Assembly (NCBI GenBank): GCA_050174015.1 | Contig: JBFXKG010000002.1 | Span: 1-64,000 of the forward strand | Reading direction: 5' to 3' | DNA: 64,000 bases | DNA from: Candidatus Krumholzibacteriia bacterium | GTDB taxonomy: Bacteria; Krumholzibacteriota; Krumholzibacteriia; LZORAL124-64-63 | Shown: in pieces, positions 38,753-48,669 of the stretch | Layout: each line of letters opens with the position of its first letter | Position numbering within the stretch: position 1 is the first letter of the stretch | Translations under genes and position numbers: made by a program | Notes under the pieces: generated by a model | Databases searched by the model: none | The model's input: only the letters and a program-made list of their open reading frames with translations | Told to the model about the DNA's origin: nothing

Positions 38753-39766
38753 TCACCAGCGGATGAGGTTGGCCCCCCAGGTGAAGCCCGAGCCGAAGGC
38801 CACCGTCACCACGAGGTGGCCGCGGCGGAGCCTGCCCTCGCGCACGGCCTCGGCCAGGGCGATGGGAATGGTGGCGGCGGTGGTGTTGCCGTATTTCGCG
38901 ATGTTGCTGAACACCTTTTCGGGGGCCAGGCCCATGCGGGCGCCCACCGCTTCGGTGATGCGCTGGTTGGCCTGGTGGGGGACCAGCAGGTCGACGTCGC
39001 CGATGGCGGCCCCGCCTTTTTCCAGGACCTCCTCGATGGCCTCGCAGAACCTGCGGATGGCGTGCTTGAAGACCAGGGATCCGTCCATGGTCGGGTGGTG
39101 CTGTCCCTGGGCCAGATGTTCGGGAGTGATTCGGCCGGGGACCACGGCCTCGGGCGACCGCAGCATCAGGTCATGGGCGAAACGCCCCTGGCTGTGCAGG
39201 ACCGAGGCCAGCACGCCGCGCCCGGGTTCGTCGCAGGCCTGGACCACGGCAGCCCCGGCGCCGTCGCCGAACAGCACGGCCATCTCCCTGCCCCTGGTGG
39301 AGAGATCCAGGGCGGTGGACTGGATCTCGCCCCCGATCACCAGCACCGTGCGGGCGATGCCCGCCTGGATGAAACCGTCCGCAGCGGCGAGTCCGTACAC
39401 GAACCCGGTGCACTGGTTGCGGATGTCCATGGCGCCGGCCGTCTTGAGGCCGAGGAGATCCTCGATGAAGACCCCGTTGCCGGGAAAGAAGACGTCGGGA
39501 TTCAGGGTGGCGTAGATGATCTGATCGATGGCGGCGGGTTCGATGGCGGCGTCCTCGATGGCCATGCGGGCAGCCCGTGCGCCCATCTCGGCCCCGGATT
39601 CGACGGTGCGGCCGTCGGCGCCGATCTCGAGCCAGCGTCGCTCCCTGATCCCGCTGCGCTGGGTGATCCACTCGTCCGAGGTGTCCATCCAGGCGGTCAG
39701 GTCCTCGTTGGTGACGACCCGCTGCGGCACGTGGAACCCCGTGCCGATGATGGCGGCTCTGGTCAT
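38753..39766 (-). CDS. fabH: 3-oxoacyl-ACP synthase III
   Basis: DTSDEWITQRSGIRERR, NQCTGF, LFGDGAGA, PHQANQRI, YGNTTAA, FGSGFTWG. Confidence 0.92.
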   Translation of the reverse strand: MTRAAIIGTGFHVPQRVVTNEDLTAWMDTSDEWITQRSGIRERRWLEIGADGRTVESGAEMGARAARMAIEDAAIEPAAIDQIIYATLNPDVFFPGNGVFIEDLLGLKTAGAMDIRNQCTGFVYGLAAADGFIQAGIARTVLVIGGEIQSTALDLSTRGREMAVLFGDGAGAAVVQACDEPGRGVLASVLHSQGRFAHDLMLRSPEAVVPGRITPEHLAQGQHHPTMDGSLVFKHAIRRFCEAIEEVLEKGGAAIGDVDLLVPHQANQRITEAVGARMGLAPEKVFSNIAKYGNTTAATIPIALAEAVREGRLRRGHLVVTVAFGSGFTWGANLIRW

Positions 39767-39780
39767 GGCTTCTCCTCGGA

Positions 39781-40539
39781 TTACCGGTGGACCGGAATGG
39801 CCGCCGGAATGTGTTTCCTGTTCTGCTTGATGAAGGCCTCGGCCGTCGCGCGGTCGGGGAAGTAGCCGATCCGGACCCGGAAGATCATGGATGAGTCGGC
39901 CATGTTGGCCACCTTGACCCGGGCGTCCCAGCCCATCTTCTGCAGGCGGGCGGCCTCGAGGTCGGCGTTGGCCGCATCGCCGAACGATCCCACCTGGACC
40001 AGGTAGGGACCTTCCTCCTGGGGCGCGATGGGGGCCGGTTCGTCGGCGGGGACGGCGGGCGGCGTGGTTTTCGCCGCCGGGCGGTCCGCGGCGGTGGTCC
40101 CGACGCCGGCATCCTGGGCCGGGCCTTCCGTCGGCGCCTCGGGGGATTCGGGGGTCAGGTTGACGAGCTTGACGCCCCCGTCCGCGTCCGATGCGGGTTT
40201 CTTCGCGGCGGTCTCGGGGGTTTCCGGGGTGAGCCGGGTGCCGACGTCGGCCACGTCGACCTCGCCGGACCGCTGGACCGGGGGAGCGCCGAGGGAGTCG
40301 CCGGCGACGTCCAGGGAGTCGGTCCCCGCAGGCCCGGTATCCTCGCCCGGAACGGTGATGACCGTCCGGGACTCGCCGATCCCCGTGGGGACGTCGCCCC
40401 CGGGCGAGCGGAACAGCAGGGCCGCCCCGATGATGCAGACGGCAAGCCCCAGCCAGATGATCTTCGGCGTTTCCCTGCGGGAACCGCCGTGGTTCTTGCG
40501 CTTTCCGGTCTGGAGCAGTTCGTCGTCCTTGCGGGCCAT
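39781..40539 (-). CDS. SPOR-domain cell-envelope protein
   Basis: N-terminal TM, low-complexity linker, YLVQVGSF...NA...FRVRIG.F..R..A. Confidence 0.85.
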   Translation of the reverse strand: MARKDDELLQTGKRKNHGGSRRETPKIIWLGLAVCIIGAALLFRSPGGDVPTGIGESRTVITVPGEDTGPAGTDSLDVAGDSLGAPPVQRSGEVDVADVGTRLTPETPETAAKKPASDADGGVKLVNLTPESPEAPTEGPAQDAGVGTTAADRPAAKTTPPAVPADEPAPIAPQEEGPYLVQVGSFGDAANADLEAARLQKMGWDARVKVANMADSSMIFRVRIGYFPDRATAEAFIKQNRKHIPAAIPVHR

Positions 40540-40540
40540 G

Positions 40541-41992
40541 TCACACTTCCTGTTCAGGCGAGTCGGGACGGATCATGCTGAAAGAAACGGTCGCCGCGAG
40601 CGATAGCAAGAATCCCGGGATCATCTCGTAAAGCAGCCCGTTGAGCACGGGAATATTGTACCAGAGAATGACGGTGACGGTTCCGGTGATGAATCCGGCC
40701 AGGGTCCCGGCCCTGCTGACGCCGCGCCAGTGCAGGGAAAGCAGCAGGGGCGGACCGAAGGCCGAGCCCAGCCCCGCCCAGGCGTAAAGGACCATGTTGT
40801 AGACGAAATCGTCCGCCTTCCAGGCCAGGAGGAAGGCGAGGGCCCCCACGCCGATGGTGGCCCATCGCCCGATCGCCACCAGCCGGCGCTCGGAGGCCCG
40901 GGGATCGATCATGCGGCGGTAGATGTCCTCGCTGACGGCGCTGGCGCTGGCCAGAAGCTGGCTGTCGGCGGTGGACATCATGGCGGCGATGGCGCCGACG
41001 ATCATCAGCACCGCCAGCCACTCGGGCATGAACGATCTGGCCATCAGGGGCATGAGCTGCTCCTGGTCGGCGATGAGCCGGCCGTCTCCCATCGCCTCGG
41101 GGCCGAACCAGGCCAGACCCGTCAGTCCGATCAGGATGGCTCCCAGGAAGGCGATGACCGCCCAGCCGACCGCGATGAAGCGTCCCTTGCGCACGTCCCG
41201 GGGCGAGGTGATGGCCATGAACCGCAGCACCAGGTGGGGCTGCCCCATGTAGCCCAGGCCGATGGCCAGGCTCCCCAGCACCCCGCTGGCCGCCGCCCAG
41301 GCCGAGTTGCCGGGGGCCGGGTCGAGGAAGGATCCCCCGAAATCCGCCAGCCTGGCCTGAAGGACGCCCGGCCCGCCGAGTTCGGCCAGGACGGCCAGCG
41401 GCAGGACGGCCAGGGTCGCCAGCATGATGATCCCCTGGATCAGGTCGGTCCAGGACACGGCGAGCAGGCCGCCGGCGGCCGTGTAGAACAGCACCAGCAC
41501 CGCCCCGATGGCCATGCCCCAGATGGGCGGGATCTCCAGGTAGAAGTTCAGGACCTTGCCCGCGGCCAGGAACTGGGCCGCGACGTAGAAGGTGAAGAAG
41601 AACAGGATGATGACCGTCGCGACGGAGCGCAGGATGCGGCTCGAGTCACGGAAGCGGGACTCGAAGTAGTCGGCCAGGGTCAGGGAATCGAACCGCTCGG
41701 TCTCCTCCCGCAGGCGGCGGGCGATCGCCATCCAGCTGAAGGCGATCCCTGTGCAGCAGCCCACGCCGACCCAGACGGCACCCGCCCCGGTGGCGAAGGC
41801 CAGGCCCGGCAGCCCGATGAGCAGCCAGGCCGATTCCCCGCTGGCGCGCTCGCTGAAGGCGGCCACCCAGGGACCGAGACGGCGGCCGGCCAGCAGGTAG
41901 TCGCCCAGGGTGCGGTTGCTGCGTGCGGCGAGGACGCCGACCCCCAGGATGACGACGCTGTAGAGAATCATGCTGAGAACGAGGGGATTCAC
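40541..41992 (-). CDS. putP: Sodium/proline symporter (SSS family)
   Basis: YLLAGRRLGPWV, SAWLLIGLPG, GGLLAVSWTD..QG, LGYMGQPH, AAMMSTADSQLL, AWAGLGSAFGP; AAGGAGG RBS. Confidence 0.9.
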   Translation of the reverse strand: MNPLVLSMILYSVVILGVGVLAARSNRTLGDYLLAGRRLGPWVAAFSERASGESAWLLIGLPGLAFATGAGAVWVGVGCCTGIAFSWMAIARRLREETERFDSLTLADYFESRFRDSSRILRSVATVIILFFFTFYVAAQFLAAGKVLNFYLEIPPIWGMAIGAVLVLFYTAAGGLLAVSWTDLIQGIIMLATLAVLPLAVLAELGGPGVLQARLADFGGSFLDPAPGNSAWAAASGVLGSLAIGLGYMGQPHLVLRFMAITSPRDVRKGRFIAVGWAVIAFLGAILIGLTGLAWFGPEAMGDGRLIADQEQLMPLMARSFMPEWLAVLMIVGAIAAMMSTADSQLLASASAVSEDIYRRMIDPRASERRLVAIGRWATIGVGALAFLLAWKADDFVYNMVLYAWAGLGSAFGPPLLLSLHWRGVSRAGTLAGFITGTVTVILWYNIPVLNGLLYEMIPGFLLSLAATVSFSMIRPDSPEQEV

Positions 41993-42226
41993 CTGCCCTC
42001 CTTGAATCGGTGACGGACCTGCTGCGGCTGGCCGGGCCGGATCATAGTCCCCATCCCACGCCGGGATCAACGGTTCATCCTCGCTCCAGCCTTCCGTTGG
42101 CGGGCGCCGCGTTCGATGGTATCCTGAGAAGAGCTTCCGTCGGCCCGGATCCTTCAGCCCGCATGCGACCTGAAAGGCCCGGGCCGGACTTCACGACGAG
42201 CCCTCGCCGGGCGGAGGTGCAAGCGC

Positions 42227-43039
42227 ATGCCCCCATGGTTCCTCGAACTCGGCGCCGTCAAGCAGGCCCTGGTCGCCACCCTGTTCACCTGGGGCGTCAC
42301 CGCCCTGGGCGCCGCCGCCATCTTCGTCTTCAAGACCGTCAACCGCAAGCTGCTGGACGCCATGCTGGGTTTCGCGGCGGGGGTCATGATCGCCGCCAGC
42401 TTCTGGTCCCTGCTGGCCCCGGCCATCGAGATGGCCGAAGCGGACGGGGGGGATGGCTGGCGCCCGGCCGTGATCGGCTTCCTGGTCGGGGGGGCGTTCC
42501 TCTACCTGATCGACAAGATCCTGCCTCACCTGCACCTGGGTTTCCCCCGCGAGGAGGCCGAGGGCATCACCACCAGCTGGCACCGCAGCGTCCTGCTGGT
42601 TCTGGCGATCACCCTGCACAACATCCCCGAGGGGCTGGCCGTGGGCGTGGCCTTCGGCGCCGTGGCCGCCGGCGTCGACTCCGCCAGCATGGGGGGGGCC
42701 GTGGCCCTGGCCCTGGGCATCGGCATCCAGAACTTCCCCGAGGGCCTGGCGGTGGCCGCCCCGCTCCGGCGGGAGGGCTGGTCCCGGCGGAAGAGCTTCA
42801 TGTACGGCCAGGCGTCGGGCGTCGTCGAACCGATCGCCGGCGTCCTGGGGGCCAGCGCGGTCCTGCTGATGCGCCCCCTGTTGCCCTACGCCCTCAGCTT
42901 CGCCGCCGGGGCGATGATCTACGTGGTCGTGGAGGAGCTCATCCCCGAATCCCAGCTCCAGAAGAACACCGACCTGGCCACCATCGGGGCCATGCTGGGG
43001 TTCGCCCTGATGATGACGCTGGACGTGGCCCTCGGCTGA
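42227..43039 (+). CDS. ZIP-family (ZupT/GufA) metal transporter
   Basis: [43 protein letters not shown]. Confidence 0.92.
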   Translation: MPPWFLELGAVKQALVATLFTWGVTALGAAAIFVFKTVNRKLLDAMLGFAAGVMIAASFWSLLAPAIEMAEADGGDGWRPAVIGFLVGGAFLYLIDKILPHLHLGFPREEAEGITTSWHRSVLLVLAITLHNIPEGLAVGVAFGAVAAGVDSASMGGAVALALGIGIQNFPEGLAVAAPLRREGWSRRKSFMYGQASGVVEPIAGVLGASAVLLMRPLLPYALSFAAGAMIYVVVEELIPESQLQKNTDLATIGAMLGFALMMTLDVALG

Positions 43040-43058
43040 AAACGTCCATTCGCCATCC

Positions 43059-43087
43059 TTGTGCTCCGGGTGCGGTGCTGGTACAAT
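43059..43087 (+). promoter_or_regulatory. Sigma70 promoter of the HMGCS-thiolase-DUF35 operon
   Basis: TTGTGC-N17-TACAAT with extended -10 TG. Confidence 0.5.
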
Positions 43088-43129
43088 CGCGCCCGGTGTT
43101 TTTTTCCTGACGGAGAAGGAGTGGCAACC

Positions 43130-44179
43130 ATGTACGGGATTGTGGGTTATGGCGCTTACGTGCCGCGCTTCAGAATCAAAGCCGATGACATCGCGAACCA
43201 GTGGGGAGCGGATGCGGAGGCCTTCAAGCGGGGACTCCTGCTCGAAGAGAAGACCGTGCCCGGCCCCGACGAGGACACCATCACCATCAGCGTGGCCGCC
43301 GCCCGGTCGGCGCTGGTGCGGGCGGGCATCGATCCCCAGCTGATCGGGGCCTGCTACATCGGGTCGGAGAGCCATCCCTACGCAGTCAAGCCTTCGGGAA
43401 CCGTGGTCATCGACGCCCTGGGCATCGGTCCCGAGTGCCACGTCGCCGACTTCGAGTTCGCCTGCAAGGCCGGCAGCGAGGCCATGTACGTGGCCTACAG
43501 CCACGTCAAGAGCGGCGAAATGAAGTACGCCCTGGGCATCGGCGCGGACACCAGCCAGGGCGCCCCCGGCGACGCCCTGGAGTACACGGCGTCCGCCGGC
43601 GGGTCCGCCTTCATCATGGGCGGGGACAACCTGGTGGCCGAGATCCTGCACACCTACTCCTTCACCTCGGACACGCCCGACTTCTGGCGGCGGGAGGGCG
43701 AGTTCTATCCCCGGCACGCCGGACGGTTCACCGGCGAGCCCGCCTACTTCCACCACGTCCTGAACGCGACCCGCGGCATTCTCGACAGGAGCGGCATGAA
43801 GCCGGCCGACTTCCGGTACGCGGTGTTCCACATGCCCAACGGGAAGTTCCCCCTGAAGGCGGGCAAGACCCTGGGCTTCACCCAGGAGCAGATGGAGCAG
43901 GGCTGGGTGGTGAACCTGATGGGCAACACCTACAGCGGTTCGTCGCCCACCGGACTGGCCGCCTGCCTGGACGTGGCCAAGCCCGGCGACCACATCCTGA
44001 TCACCTCGTTCGGCAGCGGCGCGGGCAGCGATTCGTTCATCCTGCGCTGCACCGACCGGTTGCCGAAGGTGCAGGGACTGGCGCCGACGGTGCGGGGGCT
44101 CCTCGCGGACCGCCGCATCCATCTGGACTACGGGAAGTACGTGGCTTACCGCGGCAAGATCCGCATGAACGAGGTCTAG
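43130..44179 (+). CDS. Hydroxymethylglutaryl-CoA synthase, archaeal type (PhlA-like family)
   Basis: [71 protein letters not shown]. Confidence 0.9.
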   Translation: MYGIVGYGAYVPRFRIKADDIANQWGADAEAFKRGLLLEEKTVPGPDEDTITISVAAARSALVRAGIDPQLIGACYIGSESHPYAVKPSGTVVIDALGIGPECHVADFEFACKAGSEAMYVAYSHVKSGEMKYALGIGADTSQGAPGDALEYTASAGGSAFIMGGDNLVAEILHTYSFTSDTPDFWRREGEFYPRHAGRFTGEPAYFHHVLNATRGILDRSGMKPADFRYAVFHMPNGKFPLKAGKTLGFTQEQMEQGWVVNLMGNTYSGSSPTGLAACLDVAKPGDHILITSFGSGAGSDSFILRCTDRLPKVQGLAPTVRGLLADRRIHLDYGKYVAYRGKIRMNEV

Positions 44180-44192
44180 AAAGGAGGACGAC

Positions 44193-45350
44193 ATGAGAGA
44201 CGTTGCTGTCATCGGCATGGGCTTGACGCCCTTCGGGGAACTCTGGGATACCTCCTTGCGGGACCTGTTCGCCATCGCCTGCGCCGACTGTATCGAGGAT
44301 GCGGGAATCAAGCGCGACCAGGTGCAGTCGGCCTACATCGGATGCATGACCAGCGGGCTGTTCGTGGGCCAGGAGCATCTGGCATCGGTCCTGTGCGATT
44401 ACGCGGGGCTCAGGGGCCTGGCCGCCACTCGCGTGGAATCGGCCTGCGCCTCGGGCGGCGCCGCCTTCCGGGCCGCCTACCTGGAGGTCGCCAGCGGAGC
44501 CAGCGACTTCGTCCTGGCCGGCGGCGTGGAGAAGATGAACGACGGCGCCGACGCCACCTACTGCCTGGCCACCGCGGCGGACCAGGAATACGAGGCCTAC
44601 AACGGGGTCACCTTCCCAGGCCTGTACGCCATGATCGCCAAGGCCCACATGGCCAAGCACGGCACCACGCCGCAGCAGCTGGCCGCGGTCGCGGTGAAGA
44701 ACCACCGCAACGGGGCGAAGAACCCCAAGGCCCAGTTCCCCATGGAGATCAGCGAGAAGACCGTGCTGGGCGCCGTCAGGGTCGCCGAGCCCCTGGGCCT
44801 GTTCGACTGCTCGCCCGTGACCGACGGGGCGGCCTGCGTCCTGCTGGCCCCGGTCGAGGTCGCCCGCAAGCTGGGCAAGCCCATCGTGAGGATCATCGGG
44901 TCGGGACACGCCACCGACGCCATCGCCCTGCACGACCGCAAGGATCCCTCGACGATCCCGGTGGTCGGCCTGGCGGCGCAGCGGGCGTTCAAGCAATGCG
45001 GCCTGACCATCCGGGACATCGATTTCGCCGAGGTCCACGACTGCTTCACCATCGCGGAGATCGTCTGCACCGAGGAACTGGGGATCTTCGAGCCCGGACA
45101 GGGCGGACCCGCGGCCGCCGCCGGCAAGACCGCGCGCGACGGCGAGTTCCCCGTCAACACCTCGGGCGGTCTGAAGAGCAAGGGACATCCGGTGGGGGCC
45201 ACGGGCATCGCCCAGATCTGCGAGCTCTACGCCCAGCTCACCGGCAACGCCGGTGGGCGCCAGTTGAAGAACCCCCGGCGCGGCCTGGCCCAGAACATGG
45301 GCGGATCGGGCGGCAGCTGCACCGTGCACATCCTGGAGGTGGAACAATGA
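44193..45350 (+). CDS. Acetoacetyl-CoA thiolase, archaeal/SCP2-like type
   Basis: [51 protein letters not shown]. Confidence 0.9.
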   Translation: MRDVAVIGMGLTPFGELWDTSLRDLFAIACADCIEDAGIKRDQVQSAYIGCMTSGLFVGQEHLASVLCDYAGLRGLAATRVESACASGGAAFRAAYLEVASGASDFVLAGGVEKMNDGADATYCLATAADQEYEAYNGVTFPGLYAMIAKAHMAKHGTTPQQLAAVAVKNHRNGAKNPKAQFPMEISEKTVLGAVRVAEPLGLFDCSPVTDGAACVLLAPVEVARKLGKPIVRIIGSGHATDAIALHDRKDPSTIPVVGLAAQRAFKQCGLTIRDIDFAEVHDCFTIAEIVCTEELGIFEPGQGGPAAAAGKTARDGEFPVNTSGGLKSKGHPVGATGIAQICELYAQLTGNAGGRQLKNPRRGLAQNMGGSGGSCTVHILEVEQ

Positions 45351-45742
45351 TCAGTCCGCGTTATCACCGGGAAAAGCCCCAGCGCTACCGTCTGGAGGCC
45401 GGCAAGTGCACCAAGTGCGGCGAGATCCACTTCCCCCCGCGCAGGGTCTGCCGCAAGTGCTTCGCCCGCGAGTTCGAGACCGTCGAGCTGCCGCGGCGCG
45501 GCAAGGTCGTCACCTTCACCACGGTGTGGATTCCCCCCGCGGAGTTCGACGACCAGAAACCCTACGTCAACGCCATCGTCGAGCTGGAGAACGGGGTGCG
45601 CCTGACCGTCATGATCAGCGAGGCGCCGCCCGACGAGGTCGACATCGGCACCGAGGTGGAGATCGTCTTCCGCCGCCTGCAGCACGGGCCGGCGTGGGAG
45701 GTCATCCGTTACGGTTACAAGGCCCGCGTGATCGCGGGGTAG
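45347..45742 (+). CDS. DUF35 Zn-ribbon/OB-fold protein
   Basis: [36 protein letters not shown]...IRYGYK; ATGA overlap with the thiolase. Confidence 0.9.
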   Translation: MISPRYHREKPQRYRLEAGKCTKCGEIHFPPRRVCRKCFAREFETVELPRRGKVVTFTTVWIPPAEFDDQKPYVNAIVELENGVRLTVMISEAPPDEVDIGTEVEIVFRRLQHGPAWEVIRYGYKARVIAG

Positions 45743-45749
45743 GAGACGC

Positions 45750-46454
45750 ATGGGCAAGTTCAAGGGACGCCGCGCCGCCGCCTTCATCTTCGACCTGGAC
45801 GGCACCCTGGTCGACTCGGGGCTCGACATCGCCCGGTCGGCCAACTTCGTGCGGGCACACTTCGGGCTGCCGGAGTTGCCGGTGCAGACCGCCCAGCGCT
45901 ACGTCGGGGACGGAGTGGTGAACCTGGTGAAGCGCATGCTCGGCCACGACGTGCGCAGCGGAATGACGGGGGACGCCGGCCTGCCGGTGTCCCCCGAAAA
46001 GCTGGAGGAGGGCCTGGGGGTCTTCCGGGACCACTACGGACGTCACCTCCTGGACAACACCCGTCTTTACCCCGGGGTGCTGGACGTCCTGATGCACTTC
46101 CGGTCCTTTCCCCTGCTCCTTGCCACCAACAAGCCCCGTCTGTTCACCGACCAGATCCTGCAGGGGCTGAACATCAAGGACGCCTTCCGGAACGTCGTGG
46201 CCGGGGACGAGACTCCGGCGATCAAGCCCGACCCCGGGCATCTCCGGCAATTGACCGCGGGCCTGGGCGTTCCCGCCGCCGAGATCGTCGTGGTGGGGGA
46301 CAGCCCCAACGACATCAACGCGGCGAGGGAGTTCGGGGCGGTTTCGGTGGGCTGCATGTACGGGCTGACGGCGCCGGGGCTGATCAGGGCGGCGGGACCG
46401 GACCTGGTGATCGATGGAATCGGGGAATTGGTGGACCTATTTCCCTCCCGCTGA
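45750..46454 (+). CDS. HAD-family phosphatase (phosphoglycolate phosphatase-like)
   Basis: FDLDGTLVDS, ATNK, KPDP, VGDSPNDI. Confidence 0.88.
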   Translation: MGKFKGRRAAAFIFDLDGTLVDSGLDIARSANFVRAHFGLPELPVQTAQRYVGDGVVNLVKRMLGHDVRSGMTGDAGLPVSPEKLEEGLGVFRDHYGRHLLDNTRLYPGVLDVLMHFRSFPLLLATNKPRLFTDQILQGLNIKDAFRNVVAGDETPAIKPDPGHLRQLTAGLGVPAAEIVVVGDSPNDINAAREFGAVSVGCMYGLTAPGLIRAAGPDLVIDGIGELVDLFPSR

Positions 46455-46463
46455 AGGCCCTGG

Positions 46464-46587
46464 TTGTGCCGTCGAAATTGTGTCAGGCTGAATTTTGGGG
46501 CAAATATTTTACAAAAAATCAAATATTTTGACTCTTTATACCAAATTATTGGCCCATTTTGATGGAGACTCAATTTCGACGGCACAA
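46464..46587. repeat. 21-bp inverted repeat (1 mismatch) enclosing an 82-bp AT-rich spacer
   Basis: TTGTGCCGTCGAAATTGTGTC (46464-46484) / GACTCAATTTCGACGGCACAA (46567-46587); inner direct repeat CAAATATTTT at 46501 and 46520. Confidence 0.85.
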
Positions 46588-46596
46588 TAATTTTGA

Positions 46597-46626
46597 TAGC
46601 CAAAATCATATAAAAAAGATATGATT
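46597..46626 (+). promoter_or_regulatory. Candidate promoter overlapped by a palindromic operator
   Basis: TAGCCA-N17-TATGAT; AATCATAT-N7-ATATGATT palindrome (46604-46626). Confidence 0.4.
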
Positions 46627-46702
46627 AATCCCGAATCAAGTCAGGATCGGACCGCTGCGGGAGTCGAGATTCACGATTTCCCGCCTTCCGGAGAGTCCAC
46701 CC

Positions 46703-47653
46703 ATGCCATCAACAGCATCAGGCGCCCTCGAAACGAACGCCGCCGGCCGCCGCGCCATGGCCCTCATCACCCACGCGGTGGTGTGGACCCCTGCCGCCGG
46801 CGCCCTCGCGGCCGTCTGGCTGGCCTTCGAGACGGGGGTCACCACCTTCGATTGGGTCATTCTGCTGGTGATGTACGTCCTGACGGTGATCGGGGTCGAA
46901 CTGGGCCTTCATCGCTACGTTTCGCACAGGGCATTCCGGACCACCGGGTTCATCGAGGGGGCCCTGGTCGTCCTCGGTTCCATGGCCGCCCAGGGGCCGG
47001 CCCTCTACTGGGCCAGCACCCACCGGAGGCACCATGCCTTCTCCGACCAGGAAGGCGATCCGCATTCGCCCTGCCTGAACGGCCCGGGTCTGCGGGGACG
47101 CCTGGCGGGTCTGTTCCACGCCCACATGGGTTGGCTCTTCCAGCCCGTCCAGTCGGACTGGCTGCGGTACATCCCCGATCTGGTCAAGGACTCCCGGCTG
47201 TTCCGGCTCAACCAGCTCTACTTCGTCTGGATGGTACTCGGCCTGGCGATTCCGGCGGCGGCCGGTCTGCTGTACGACGGGACCGCGCTCGGTGCGTTCA
47301 AGGGCCTGCTTTGGGGGGGACTGGGCAGGATCTTCCTCGTGCACCACGCGGTCTGGGGGGTCAACTCCCTCTGCCACCGTTTCGGCAGCAGACCGTTTCC
47401 CACCCGGGAACAGAGCCGCAACCTGGCGATCATCGCCCTGCCTTCGCTGGGGGGCGGCTGGCACAACAACCACCATGCCTTTCCCAGGGCGGCGGACAAC
47501 CGGCTGCGCTGGTGGCAGCTGGACGTGTGCGGGCTGATCGTGCGGTTCCTGGACCGGGCGCACTGGGCCTGGGACGTCCATTACCCGGACGCCTCGTCGT
47601 TCAAGGGTCAACGCCGGTCCGACGCCGGCATGTCTCCTTCCGTGGAGGGTTAG
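46703..47653 (+). CDS. Membrane fatty acid desaturase 1 (delta-9/JamB-like fold)
   Basis: His boxes HRYVSH, HRRHH, HNNHH; DPHSP; VNSLCH. Confidence 0.9.
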   Translation: MPSTASGALETNAAGRRAMALITHAVVWTPAAGALAAVWLAFETGVTTFDWVILLVMYVLTVIGVELGLHRYVSHRAFRTTGFIEGALVVLGSMAAQGPALYWASTHRRHHAFSDQEGDPHSPCLNGPGLRGRLAGLFHAHMGWLFQPVQSDWLRYIPDLVKDSRLFRLNQLYFVWMVLGLAIPAAAGLLYDGTALGAFKGLLWGGLGRIFLVHHAVWGVNSLCHRFGSRPFPTREQSRNLAIIALPSLGGGWHNNHHAFPRAADNRLRWWQLDVCGLIVRFLDRAHWAWDVHYPDASSFKGQRRSDAGMSPSVEG

Positions 47654-47656
47654 CTC

Positions 47657-48619
47657 GTGGCCAACGAAACCATGTCCGGCCTGGACCTGTCGCCCTATAC
47701 GGTGGCCGGTCCGACGGAGCGGCGCCGTCTACGGACGGTCGCGGGGCTGATCATCGTCGTGCCCTTCCTCGCCACCATCCTGGCCATCTATCTGGCCTTC
47801 ACCCGGGGGATCGGGGGGATGGAGATCGGTGTCTTCCTGGCGGGTTACTTCCTGACCATCATGGGTCTGACGGTGGGATTCCACCGCCATTTCGCCCACC
47901 GGTCCTTCGACACCAGTCCGGCCATGCGCATGGTGCTGGGGGCGCTGGGTTCCATGGCGGGTCAGGGGCCGATCATCTGGTGGGTGGCCACCCATCGCCG
48001 CCACCACCGGCTCAGCGACCAGGAGGGCGATCCCCATTCGCCCCAGCTCGTCGAGGGGTCGGGCCTGTGGCGGGTGATCAAGGGATTCTGGCAGGGCCAC
48101 ATCGCCTGGATGTTCTCCGACCGGATCAGCAACTGGGGAATGTTCGCCCGGGACATGATGAACGACCGTCAGGTGTTCAGGATCCACCAGCTCTACTTCC
48201 CCTTCTTCTTCCTGGGGTTGCTCCTGCCGACGGTGGCCGGGGGCCTCATCGCGGGTTCGTGGCAGGGAGCCTTCCTCGGATTCCTGTGGGGCGGCCTGGT
48301 CCGGATCTGCGTGGTGGATCACGTGCTGTGGTGCGTCGGTTCGATCTGCCACATGATCGGCCTGCGCCCCTACGTGCACCGCACCCGGGACCACAGCACC
48401 AACAACCTGCTGGTGGCCTTCGTCGGCTGCGGCGAGGGACTGCAGAACAACCACCACGCCTTTCCGCGGGACGCATTCCACGGTTTCCGCTGGTACGAGC
48501 CCGATCTGGGAGCCGTGATGATCCGGATGCTCAAAGCGGTCGGTCTGGTCTGGAACGTGGTGGAAACGCCGGAAGACAAGCGCAAGGCTGCTCTGGGCGA
48601 CGATCGCGCCGTGGCCTGA
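47657..48619 (+). CDS. Membrane fatty acid desaturase 2 (possible acetylenase), variant metal ligands
   Basis: HRHFAH, HRRHH, DPHSP, VGSICH, GEGLQNNHH. Confidence 0.88.
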   Translation: MANETMSGLDLSPYTVAGPTERRRLRTVAGLIIVVPFLATILAIYLAFTRGIGGMEIGVFLAGYFLTIMGLTVGFHRHFAHRSFDTSPAMRMVLGALGSMAGQGPIIWWVATHRRHHRLSDQEGDPHSPQLVEGSGLWRVIKGFWQGHIAWMFSDRISNWGMFARDMMNDRQVFRIHQLYFPFFFLGLLLPTVAGGLIAGSWQGAFLGFLWGGLVRICVVDHVLWCVGSICHMIGLRPYVHRTRDHSTNNLLVAFVGCGEGLQNNHHAFPRDAFHGFRWYEPDLGAVMIRMLKAVGLVWNVVETPEDKRKAALGDDRAVA

Positions 48620-48669
48620 GGCGGCGCATACCCGCCGGCCGTCGGGCCGGCCAAGACGAGGAGAACCTT

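Noticed and set aside
44342..45742. 466-aa ORF ending in DUF35, and similarly the 589-aa ORF 29270-31039 ending in MauE
   Set aside because: Real starts are at 45347 and 29707, overlapping upstream stop codons; the extensions are off-frame noise
47651..47659. Desaturase 1 TAG-CTC-GTG in frame with desaturase 2 (possible fusion)
   Set aside because: A GGAGG RBS precedes the GTG and each ORF is a full-length desaturase
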